From: a bacterium
Lineage (GTDB): Bacteria; UBA8248; JACPRG01; G963555815
Direction: 5' to 3'
Assembly: GCA_963555815.3 (NCBI GenBank)
Contig: CAUVWX020000002.1
Location: forward strand, 544,001 to 608,000
Length of the DNA: 64,000 nt
The translations under genes and the position numbers were made by a program. The notes beneath the pieces are model-generated. The model saw only the letters and a program-made list of their open reading frames with translations, did no database searches and was not told where the DNA came from. Below are positions 43,353-54,870 of the stretch, piece after piece. How positions within the stretch are numbered: the first letter of the stretch is position 1; every line of letters begins with the position of its first letter.

Positions 43353-43694
43353 TCACCCGGGGGGCCAGCGAAATCCCCGGCCGCCGAGGAGGTGAAGGTG
43401 GATGTGGAAGACAGATTGCCCCGCCCCCCGGTTACAATTCAGGACAAGGCGAAAGCCGGCCTCAAGCCCCCTCTCCCGGGCGATATCAGTGGCCTTGAGG
43501 TGGAGGGAGCCGAGGAGCTCCGCGTCCTCCTTCTTCGTGTCCAGAAGGGTTGAGATGTGCTTTCTTGGAATGAGGAGGACATGGGTTGGAGCCTGGGGGT
43601 TGATGTCCTCGATGGCGATGAGCTTTTCGTCCTCATACACCTTGGTCGCGGGGACCTTGCCTGCAATCACATCGCAGAAGAGACAGTCGGCCAT
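43353..43694 (-). CDS. hinT: HIT family nucleotide-binding protein
   Basis: CLFC, DINPQAPTH, GQSVFHIHLHLLGGR, C-terminal WPPG. Confidence 0.93.
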   Translation of the reverse strand: MADCLFCDVIAGKVPATKVYEDEKLIAIEDINPQAPTHVLLIPRKHISTLLDTKKEDAELLGSLHLKATDIARERGLEAGFRLVLNCNRGAGQSVFHIHLHLLGGRGFRWPPG

Positions 43695-43793
43695 GCGCCT
43701 CCCCATTCTCGAAACAGATCGCGCCTAAGGACCCCCCCTACGGCAACATCCCCCTCACCAGCTTTTCAGGGGGTAGCCCTATCTTGGAGGGCC

Positions 43794-45128
43794 TCAGGCC
43801 TTGGCGAAAAATTCCCGGGTCCCCTGGGCCTCGATGGCCTCCGCCAGACGCCGAAGGGCCAAGATATAAGCCGCCGTCCGGTTGTCCGTGGAATACTCCT
43901 TGGCCACACTGAGCAGCTCACGGAACTCCGTCACCATGATGGTCTTAAGCCGGCTGTGCACCTCTTCCAGCGTCCAATAGAACCCGGCCCGGTTCTGAAC
44001 CCACTCAAAATAGCTGACCGTCACACCCCCCGCGTTGGCCAGAATGTCGGGGATGAGAAAGACGCGGTGCTTCATGATGGCGCTCGCCTCTGAGGTAATC
44101 GGACCGTTGGCGAGCTCCACCATGTAACGGGCCTTCACCCTCGGCGCGTTCTCAGCCGTAATCACATTCTCCAGGGCGGAGGGAATGAGAATATCCACGT
44201 CCAGCTCCAAAAGCTCCTCGTTGGTGATCCGGTCGTGGGGGACCTCCTCAAATTCGCCGTTGCGCCGACTCACCCCGGCCACTCTCCCCTCCACGTCCTT
44301 GTGGGCCTTCACCGCCTCCGGATCAAAACCCTCCGGACGATAAATGCCCCCCTTGGAGTCACTCAAGCCCACAATCCGATAACCGTCCTGGGCAAGAAGC
44401 TGGGCCGCAAAATAACCCGCGTTCCCATAGCCCTGAATGGCCACCGTCGTCTTCTCGGGCTTCAGCCCAAACTCCTTCGCCATGACCTGGATGGTGTAAT
44501 AGCCTCCCCGGGCCGTCGCGTCCTCGCGGCCCAGACTCCCACCCAAAGAAACGGGCTTGCCGGTAATCGTCGCAGGGGTCTTCATCCGACGAATCAGACT
44601 GTACTCGTCGGCCATCCAAGCCATGATGGTGGGGTTGGTGTAAACGTCAGGAGCAGGAATATCAATGTCAGGGCCAATAAACTCCGCAATGGCGTCTATG
44701 TACCCCCGACTTAATCGTTCCAGCTCCGCATGAGAAAGCTCTCTCGGGTCGACCGCCACACCCCCCTTCGCCCCACCGAAGGGAATGTTCACCAACGCAC
44801 ACTTGAACGTCATCCAAAAGGCAAGGGCCGTCACCTCGTCTTGATCCACATCCGGATGAAACCGAATCCCCCCCTTTCCAGGACCCCGGGCGTCGTTATA
44901 ACGAACCCGATACCCCTGAAAAAGACGGAGGGAACCGTCGTCCATCCGAACCGGAATCGAAACCTGAAGGGAAAGCCTTGGATGACGAAGGGTCTCCTCG
45001 ACCTCTTCACTCAGAGGAAAAAACTCAAGCGCCCGGTCCAAGCGCCGCGTGGCGTCTTTAAAGGAACCCCCTTTTGCGGCTGTAGACTCCATCTTCAAAA
45101 CCGCAGAAGGCGTCTTACTCTCACTCAT
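43794..45128 (-). CDS. gdhA: Glu/Leu/Phe/Val dehydrogenase (glutamate dehydrogenase)
   Basis: GPGKGGIRF, PFGGAKGG, DIPAPDV, IQGYGNAG, ELANGP, NAGGVTVSYFEW. Confidence 0.9.
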   Translation of the reverse strand: MSESKTPSAVLKMESTAAKGGSFKDATRRLDRALEFFPLSEEVEETLRHPRLSLQVSIPVRMDDGSLRLFQGYRVRYNDARGPGKGGIRFHPDVDQDEVTALAFWMTFKCALVNIPFGGAKGGVAVDPRELSHAELERLSRGYIDAIAEFIGPDIDIPAPDVYTNPTIMAWMADEYSLIRRMKTPATITGKPVSLGGSLGREDATARGGYYTIQVMAKEFGLKPEKTTVAIQGYGNAGYFAAQLLAQDGYRIVGLSDSKGGIYRPEGFDPEAVKAHKDVEGRVAGVSRRNGEFEEVPHDRITNEELLELDVDILIPSALENVITAENAPRVKARYMVELANGPITSEASAIMKHRVFLIPDILANAGGVTVSYFEWVQNRAGFYWTLEEVHSRLKTIMVTEFRELLSVAKEYSTDNRTAAYILALRRLAEAIEAQGTREFFAKA

Positions 45129-45217
45129 GACATGCTCCTCGTAACCTCAGGAGTCAAACAGGGAGGGGGGGGCCATCCCCCCTCCTGAAAAGCTCCTAAA
45201 AATCGAATAAACGTACC

Positions 45218-45246
45218 AGTATAGCCCCCTTCCAAAAACCCTGCAA
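45218..45246 (-). promoter_or_regulatory. Sigma70-type promoter of gdhA
   Basis: Minus strand TTGCAG-17 nt-TATACT. Confidence 0.55.
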
Positions 45247-45278
45247 CGGACAAGGACAACCCTGAGAAACAGGGCCCC

Positions 45279-46466
45279 TCAGCGCTGGGTCACGAGGTAT
45301 TCCGCCGCCCGAAGGGCTGCCTTGGCCCCCTCCCCTGCGGCCACGAGGATCTGTTTGTCCCTCACGTTGGTCACGTCGCCTGCGGCGAAGACCCCCGGGA
45401 CGCCTGTGTTCGTATCGCAGTCAATGAGGATCTCGCCAATTGGATTCGTCTTAAGGGCGTCCAGGGCGAAGCCCGAATTCGGCAGCAGACCGACCTCGAC
45501 AAAGACCCCCCGGACCGAAAGGGTCTTCTCCTCCCACGAACTTTTAGAGCGGACGCGGACCCCCTCCACCTCGTCCTTCCCCAGGATCTCAAGGGTCTCA
45601 TGTCCTGTGAGCTGTTCCATGCGCTTCGTCTGCCTCAGCTTGTTCACGAGAACGTCGTCACCCGTGTAGTCCCCGACGACGATGAGGTAAACCTTTTTGG
45701 CCATGCGGTCGAGCTCCAGGGCCGCCTCTATAGCCGAGTTCCCACCCCCCACAACGGCCACATCAAGGCCTTTGTAAAAGGGGGCGTCGCACGTGGCGCA
45801 AAAGGCCACCCCCTTTCCCATGAGCCGCTCCTCGCCCGGAACCCCTATGCAACGCGGGCGTTTTCCCGAAGCGATGATGAGGGAACGACCCTGATACTCA
45901 TGGCCCGTCTGCGTGCAAACGCGCTTTATCTTGGGGAGTGCCTCCAGGCGGACGACGTTCGCCCCGATGATGCGGTCCATCTCGAACTGCTTTACGTGCT
46001 CGTCGAATTTGTCGATGAGGCTCTGGGCCTCGATGTAGTGGAAGCCCAGGTAGTTTTCGAGTTCAGCCGTGATGTTCAGCTGGCCCCCCACGTCCTTTCC
46101 TAGAACAAGGCATTTCAAGCCCTTCCGGCTGGCGTAAACGGCGGCCGTCATCCCGGCGGGGCCGGCCCCGATGATGATGACGTCATAGAGGGTTTTTAGG
46201 TCCGCCCGCTTCACAAGACCCAGCTTCTCATCGAGGACGCCCGTGGCGTTGAGGGCAGCAAGCTCGTCGTAACCCCCAATGACCTCCTCATCAATGAGGA
46301 TCTGGGGGGTGGTCCGCCCCCTTGTCCGCTCGATCATGGTGTCCCAGCCAGGGGTCCCGCCAAGGACCTCGATCTCCTCCGCCGTCACTTCCTTCTCCTT
46401 GAGCAGCGCCCGCGCTCGATCGCACCAGGGTCAGCCAGGTTGGGAATACATGAGGACTTTCGCCAT
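45279..46466 (-). CDS. Selenoprotein: glutaredoxin (UPWC) fused to TrxB/AhpF-type FAD disulfide reductase, 395 aa, Sec12
   Basis: RBS AGGAGG and ATG at 46466 give MAKVLMYSQPG-TGA(46431-46433)-PWCDRAR, in frame with ORF 45279-46388. Grx motifs TTPQILID and IGGYDEL; reductase motifs GAGPAG, CATCD, GGGNSA, AAGD. Confidence 0.9.
46397..46430 (-). promoter_or_regulatory. Putative bacterial SECIS element
   Basis: AGCG-CGGG-CGCT hairpin (alternative GAGC/GCTC pairing) with loop starting ~19 nt after UGA. Confidence 0.6.
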
Positions 46467-46640
46467 GAGGACCTCCTTTCGGTGGATGAGAGAAACGTGA
46501 TGGGGGATGGATCATCGGCCAGGGAAAGGGATTTAGACCCCTCCCGATTTTCGAAACTCCCCCTCCTCCCCCTTATAATGAAAAGAGATTGAAGAAACCA
46601 TTATAATTAGGGCAAAAATGCCACCGGAGAGAAGGCCATT

Positions 46641-47633
46641 CTGAGACCGCCACAATTCCGCCAAGCCAGGGTCATCCGGGGGTTCTTCTGGGGCCTTCTG
46701 CTGACGGGTGCTTTCGGATGCGCCCAAGGTTCCCATTCGAAACACCCAGGACAGGAACCCCCCCCCCTTCTCGACACGGTGAGGCTCCTTGAGGGACGCA
46801 CCGACCAGGAGAGATTGCTCGCCGTCGAGGAGATCTTGCAAGGAAAGGGGGTCCCTTTTGAGAGACGACCTTATCTGGTCTCGGGCGAGGAGAGGCAAAA
46901 CCTCCTTTGGGAGGTTCACCCGGGCCACGAGATCCTCATCCTCTCGGCCCACTATGACGCCGCAAGGGGCTCTCCTGGGGCAAATGACAACGCCTCCTGC
47001 GTTTCGGTCCTCCTTGAGGCGGGAGAGCGCCTCGCCCGGGAGCACCTTGGCCCCCTGGGCCTTCGAATTCTCTTCTTCGGAGATGAAGAGGGAGGGCTCC
47101 TCGGGAGCCAGGCCTACGTTGCGGGGGAAGACCTCAGGGAGGTCATCGGCGTCCTGAACCTCGAGCTTTGTGGGATAGGGGATATGGCAGGGCTCTGGGA
47201 TGTCCGGAACGACGACCGGGGCTCCCTTCTCTTTCGCTCCCTCGTTGCCGCCTTTGAACGGGAGGACATCCCCTTTGGGGTCGTCCCGAGGCTCCGGAGG
47301 TTTTCCAGCGACCACCGGAGCTTTTGGAGACGGGGGATACCCGGCTTCGCCCTGACGGTGGTCCCGGAAAAGGAGGAGGCACTTCTTCGAGCTTACGTGG
47401 AGGACCCCGGGGCAGAAAGGTGGCGGGATCCTTCCTCCCGGCCCACTCCCTTTCAGACCTATCACTCGGCCGGGGATCTTGCCGACACCCTCAGTGAGGG
47501 GGCTCTTCGATTGATGGCCGGGGCCGTTGTGGAAGGCGTCCTCGAGCTCTCGAGGAAGCTCAGGCCGACGAGCCCGGATGGGGAGGCGTCCATCGAGGAT
47601 TTTTATAAGACCGAAGTCTCTTTGGTGGAATAA
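46641..47633 (+). CDS. M28 family peptidase, probable lipoprotein (start uncertain)
   Basis: SAHYD, PGANDNAS, DEEGGLLGS, LNLE, SDH, YHS..D motifs. The frame extends upstream of GTG 46779 through RVIRGFFWGLLLTGAFG-C. Confidence 0.8.
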   Translation: MRPPQFRQARVIRGFFWGLLLTGAFGCAQGSHSKHPGQEPPPLLDTVRLLEGRTDQERLLAVEEILQGKGVPFERRPYLVSGEERQNLLWEVHPGHEILILSAHYDAARGSPGANDNASCVSVLLEAGERLAREHLGPLGLRILFFGDEEGGLLGSQAYVAGEDLREVIGVLNLELCGIGDMAGLWDVRNDDRGSLLFRSLVAAFEREDIPFGVVPRLRRFSSDHRSFWRRGIPGFALTVVPEKEEALLRAYVEDPGAERWRDPSSRPTPFQTYHSAGDLADTLSEGALRLMAGAVVEGVLELSRKLRPTSPDGEASIEDFYKTEVSLVE

Positions 47634-47674
47634 CGCTGCAGGGCACCCCTGAGGCCCGAAAGGGGTGAGGGGAA

Positions 47675-48373
47675 ATGGCTGTCGAGCGAAATCACTATCA
47701 GAGAATCCCCCCAGGGCCTCTGTTTGGCTTATGGTCCTGGCGCTATCTCGACCTCCTGAAGATGATCCGTCTCAGGCTGAACCCGCGGATCCATGGCTTC
47801 TATACAAAGTTTCCCACCATTCCCCCCCCCGGCTCCAAATTCCCCGAGGTCGACCTGGAGACGGTGGACGGAGGGAGAATCAACACAAAAGCGCTTCAAG
47901 GGAGGAGGCACTTCGTCCTCCTCACCGGGGCCCTCACCTGACCTCCGACCCGGAGGCAGTTGCCTCTCATGGAGGAGCTGGCAAGAAAGTATAAGGACCG
48001 GGGTGTGGAGGTCTTCCTCATGTACGTCCGGGAGCCCCATGCGAAAGAGCGGGGCTTTCGCCAGTACCGAAAACATGAGAGTTACGACCACAAGATGGAG
48101 TACGCAAAGCTCCTGGTGAAAAAGCACAGCCTCGTCATCCCCTGTCTTGTGGACAGCCTTGATGAAAAGTTGCACCAGATTCTTGGAAACCTTCCAAATC
48201 TTGTTTATGTGGTGGATAAGAAAGGGGAGGTCTTCTACAAAAACACCTGGACAGACGCAGACGCCATTGACGAGATCCTGGCTGAGCTGGTGACGGCGGA
48301 AGACCCATCGCGCCCCGTCCAAAAGACGATGGACAGTCGCCACGTGCCGGGCCGGATCCCCGTTGAGGTGTAG
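47675..48373 (+). CDS. Selenoprotein: iodothyronine deiodinase-like thioredoxin-fold protein, 232 aa, Sec89
   Basis: ORFs 47675-47941 and 47960-48373 are one frame separated only by TGA at 47939-47941: FVLLTGALT-U-PPTRRQLP...YKDRGVEVFLMYVREPH...DSLD...GNLPNLVYVV. Confidence 0.88.
47942..47975 (+). promoter_or_regulatory. Putative bacterial SECIS element
   Basis: Lower stem CCTCC/GGAGG, upper stem GAGGC-AGTT-GCCTC, loop at +17 to +20 from UGA. Confidence 0.7.
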
Positions 48374-48512
48374 GTCCGGGATGAGCGGCCCTCCCACACC
48401 ATCCGGCCCCAGAAAGTTCTTGTCTGAATGTTCTCTTGGATAGTACTATTTAGCCCTTGATAGGGATCCAGTGAAAGGGGCACAACCGACCCCTCTTTTC
48501 GGGAGAACACCC

Positions 48513-49688
48513 ATGATCCTCGCCAGGATATCTCTTCTCGCCCTCTTTTTCCCTCTTCTCCTCGTCCTCCCAGCCGAGGGGGTTCGGCAGGTCTCTGCTG
48601 TCTTTCTTAAGAACCAAGCCGGGCCTGAAAGCGGTGCGCGGGACCATCGGAAAGGGCTCGACCCGGAGCTTCTTTCCTTCTTTGGCCCCTCTGATGAAGA
48701 GAAGAATGCCATCCTAACGAAGGCGCACGAGGCTCATAACAGTCAGCTTTGGGATGAGGCCGTCTCTCTCTACCGCCAGGTCATTGCCCTCGACTCGGAC
48801 GACGCCGAGGCCTGGCAAGGGCTTGGGATCGCACTTCAACACCAGGAAATATGGGGCGAGGCACAGGACGCTGGGAAGCAGGCCCTTTCCATTTTCACGG
48901 AGCGCGGAGACGAGAAGGGGAGAGGGGAGGTCCTCTACAACCTCGGCAACATCTCTGAGGACCGCGGGCACCATGACCAAGCCGAAAGGCTCTACGGGGA
49001 AAGCCTGGAGATTCAAAGGAGGATTGGCGACGAGCCCGGCGCCGCAGAGACGCTGAACAACCTGGGAATTCTCGCTGGGATCCAGGAGCGCTATGTCGAG
49101 GCCGAGACGCTCTTCCAGGAGAGGCTGGAGATCCAGAGGAAACTCGGCGACGAGGCCGGCATCTCAGAGACGCTGTACAACCTGGGAGTGGTCGCCGAGA
49201 GGGAAGCACGCTACGACAAGGCCAAAGAGCTCTACCATGAGGGCCTGGAGATTGAAAGGAAGCTTGGCGATGAGGCCGGCTTGGCGACGACGCTGAATAA
49301 CCTCGGCGATGTTGCCGCGAGACAAGAACAGTACGAAGAGGCCAATGGGTTCTTTCAGGAGAGCCTGGAGATTCAAAGGAAACTGGGAGATGAGTCGGGG
49401 CTCGTCGTGACGCTGTTCAACCTGGGAGTGGTGGCCGAGAACCGCGAGCAGAGCGGAGAGGCCATGGGGTTGTACCAGGAGGCCTTAGAGATCGGCAGGA
49501 AGCTCAACGATGAACCCCTCGTCGGGCAGACTCTATTCTCCCTCGCCCTCCTCGCTGAGGCTGAGGGCTCAAGGGACGAGGCCGTCGAATACGCAAAAGA
49601 GGCCCATGAGATATTCGGCAAGATAAAGAGCCCATTGGAAGTGAGAACCCGAAACTTCCTGCGAATCCTGGGATGGCCCGTTCCGTAG
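48513..49688 (+). CDS. Exported tetratricopeptide repeat protein (paralog of 42454-43308)
   Basis: Signal peptide MILARISLLALFFPLLLVLPAEG, shared SDEEK..LTKA.EAH...WDEA.SLYRQ segment, 40-aa TPR repeats. Confidence 0.85.
   Translation: MILARISLLALFFPLLLVLPAEGVRQVSAVFLKNQAGPESGARDHRKGLDPELLSFFGPSDEEKNAILTKAHEAHNSQLWDEAVSLYRQVIALDSDDAEAWQGLGIALQHQEIWGEAQDAGKQALSIFTERGDEKGRGEVLYNLGNISEDRGHHDQAERLYGESLEIQRRIGDEPGAAETLNNLGILAGIQERYVEAETLFQERLEIQRKLGDEAGISETLYNLGVVAEREARYDKAKELYHEGLEIERKLGDEAGLATTLNNLGDVAARQEQYEEANGFFQESLEIQRKLGDESGLVVTLFNLGVVAENREQSGEAMGLYQEALEIGRKLNDEPLVGQTLFSLALLAEAEGSRDEAVEYAKEAHEIFGKIKSPLEVRTRNFLRILGWPVP
48979..49054 (+). repeat. 76-bp block shared (74/76) in inverted orientation with 42599-42674
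   Basis: Direct sequence comparison. Confidence 0.85.
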
Positions 49689-49719
49689 GTCTTCATTCGT
49701 CCAGATCGAGGCCAGCACG

Positions 49720-50493
49720 TCACCGCGCCGCCCGTTTTGCCTCCTCCCAAAGGGCGTCAAGCGTCGCCCCATCCACCTGCGAGGGGGTGAGACCTCTTGT
49801 CGACAGAGAGGACTCGATATACCGAAAGCGTTCCATGAACTTTGAGGTGGAAAGCCGGAGGGAGGCCTCGGCGTCGATGCCAAGGTGACGGGCCGCGCTC
49901 ACCAGGGCAAAGAGGAGGTCCCCAAACTCCCGCTCCGTCTTTTCCTGATCCCCAGATTGTCTCGCCTGATCGAGCTCACCAAGCTCCTCCCGGACTTTCT
50001 CAAGGGCCCCTTCCGCCGCCTCCCAATCCAGCCCCACGCGCCCCACCTTGGTCTGAACCCGCTGGGCCTTCAAGAGGGCTGGAAGGGTGGTGGGGACCCC
50101 GTCCAGGACCGACCGTCCCCCCCCTTCGCTCTGTTTGATGGCCTCCCAATTTTTGAGGACTTCCTCCGGCGTCTCTGCCAGGACATCCCCGAAGACGTGG
50201 GGGTGCCTCCTGACCAGCTTCTCATGGACCTCCCGGATGACCTCCCAAACGGTATAGCGGCCTTCCTCAGCGGCGATCTGGGCGTGAAAGACGATCTGGA
50301 GGAGGAGATCCCCTAATTCCTCCCTCACCTTTTCGTCCGCCCCCGCCTCGATCGCCTCGATCACCTCGTAGGCCTCCTCAATGAGATAGGGTTTTAGGGA
50401 ATCGGGCGTCTGCTCCCGGTCCCAAGGACACCCCCCTTCCCCCCTCAGGCGGGCCATAATCTGAACCAGGTCTTCAAAGGATCGCTCAGGCAT
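49720..50493 (-). CDS. mazG: Nucleoside triphosphate pyrophosphohydrolase
   Basis: GCPWDREQT, EEAYE, EELGDLLLQ, RRHPHVF, EFGDLLF. Confidence 0.95.
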   Translation of the reverse strand: MPERSFEDLVQIMARLRGEGGCPWDREQTPDSLKPYLIEEAYEVIEAIEAGADEKVREELGDLLLQIVFHAQIAAEEGRYTVWEVIREVHEKLVRRHPHVFGDVLAETPEEVLKNWEAIKQSEGGGRSVLDGVPTTLPALLKAQRVQTKVGRVGLDWEAAEGALEKVREELGELDQARQSGDQEKTEREFGDLLFALVSAARHLGIDAEASLRLSTSKFMERFRYIESSLSTRGLTPSQVDGATLDALWEEAKRAAR

Positions 50494-50738
50494 TTTTTCG
50501 TCTTACTTTCGTGAAACAGAGAAGTATATTGCCACTAAACAGAAGGGTCCTCCTTATTATAGATACGCGGCGAGGCCTCGCAAGGGGAAAAGTGCCCCTC
50601 CCCTAAAACCCGACATTTTGTAGTGGCAGAAGAAAAAAACACCAGGGGTAGTATCTTTTCTCTTGACAGGCCCTTTTCCTCGGGAGTAAAGAAGGGACAC
50701 TTTCCATCTTGTCTGAAAAGCCATCTTCGGAGAAACTC

Positions 50739-52501
50739 ATGGAGCCGAAGATCCAGGTTCTTCCTCCTATCCTGGCCGACCAAATTGCGGCGGGGGAGGT
50801 TATCGAGCGCCCGTCCTCGGTCGTGAAGGAGCTCCTTGAGAACGCTCTGGACGCCGGGGCCAGGTCCATTGAAGTCCAGATCAAAGGGGCCGGTCGGGGT
50901 CTCATCCGGGTCCTCGATGATGGGGAGGGGATGAGTCCTGAGGACGCAAGGCGGGCCTTTCTTCGCCACGCGACCAGCAAGATCGAACGTGCGGAGGATC
51001 TCAGGGCCATCCGAACGCTCGGCTTTCGGGGTGAGGCCCTGCCGAGCATCGCCGCCGTATCCCGAGTCACACTCATCACGCGCCCAAGGGGAGGAGGTCC
51101 CGAGGGGACGCGCGTCCTGATCGAAGGCGGCAAGGTGAGAGACGTCTCACCGGCTCCGTCTCCTGAGGGGACGTCCATTGAGGTTCGGGATCTTTTCTTC
51201 AATACGCCGGCGCGTCTTAAATTTTTAAAAAGCCCGGGGACCGAAATCTCCCGGATCGTCGAGGCAACCTCTCAGGCGGCCCTCTCAGCCCCCGGCCTTC
51301 GCCTGAAGCTGACCCATGAGGGACGGGCCCTCCTCGACCTTCCCCCCGCGAGGGACCGGGGGGAGAGAGTCCGAAGGCTCCTCGCAGGAACAGAAGCAAA
51401 GGAGCTTTTTTCCCTCCCTCTCTTTGAGGAAGGGCCCAGTGGAATCAGGGTCGAGGGCTTTTGTTCGCCCCCTCCCCTAACCCGGGCTTCCAGGTCTTGC
51501 CAGCACGTCCTCGTCAACGGCCGCTACGTCAGGGACCGGATCATCCTGAACGCCCTCTCCGAGGCCTATCGAAACCTTTTGCCCGCCGGAAGGCATCCCC
51601 TTGCTTTCCTCTTCATCGAGATGGCGCCAGACGCACTCGATGTGAACGTCCATCCGGCAAAGGCCGAGGTGCGCTTTCAAGATGGGAGACAAGTGTTCTC
51701 GGCGGTGAGGAAGGGAGTCCTGGAGGGCCTGGTCCGGGCCGGGGCCTCCCCCGCCCTCGAGACGCCAAAGGGGCCCGCTTATTCTATGAAGGGCCATAGA
51801 ATGCCCGCGCCGTCTCCTGCGAGATGGTCTCTTCCCGTCCGCTCTCTGGGAAAGGTGGTGGCGCTGGCGCCAAAGGAGGCGCCTGATGAGCCCCTCCCCC
51901 TCCTTGCACCTGGGACACCAAAGAACCTCCTCTCGGAGGGCCGCGTCCTGGGCCAGCTCCACGCCACCTACATTCTCTTGGAGCACGCCCGCGGGATGAT
52001 GCTTGTGGATCAGCACGCGGCCCATGAGCGGCTCCTCTTTGCCCGTCTGAAGGACAGGATTGAAAAAGGGAAGGTCGAAGGCCAGGGCCTCCTCCTCTCC
52101 CTCCCCATTGATTTCTCTCCGGAAGATGCCGAGGTCCTCTCCGAGCGCCTGGAGGATCTCAAAACCCTGGGATTTCATCTCGAACCCTTTGGGCCAAGGA
52201 GCTTCCTTCTGAGAGAGGTTCCCGCCCTTCTCGCCCACGAGGACCCGGAGGAGCTTCTCAGGGAACTCCTGGCCGGCCTGAAGGAGGGGAGGGACAAAAA
52301 ACTCTCCGAGCTCGGGGAGGGCCTGCTTGAGCAGATGGCCTGCCGGGGAGCCCTCAAGGCGGGAAAGACTCTTAACCGTGAGGAGATGGAGCACCTCATC
52401 TCTGAGTGCCTCGAGCTCGATCTCCTCTTTGCCTGCCCTCATGGGCGGCCCATCACCCTTCTTCTCCCAAAGGAAGAAGTAGAGCGGAGATTTTTGAGGC
52501 G

Positions 52502-52505
<4 letters not shown>
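50739..52505 (+). CDS. mutL: DNA mismatch repair protein MutL, endonuclease type
   Basis: IAAGEVIERP, GFRGEAL, DVNVHPAK; C-terminal DQHAAHER, ACR and CPHGRP. Confidence 0.96.
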
Positions 52506-54821
<2,316 letters not shown>

Positions 54822-54870
54822 GATCCATTTAGGCCGGGCCTCGCGCCCTTTACGTATGAAAAGAGGGAAG

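Noticed and set aside
48900..49560. Regular ~120-bp DNA repeats as a CRISPR array or DGR template/variable repeat
   Set aside because: They are in-frame TPR coding repeats, with no spacers, cas genes or reverse transcriptase.
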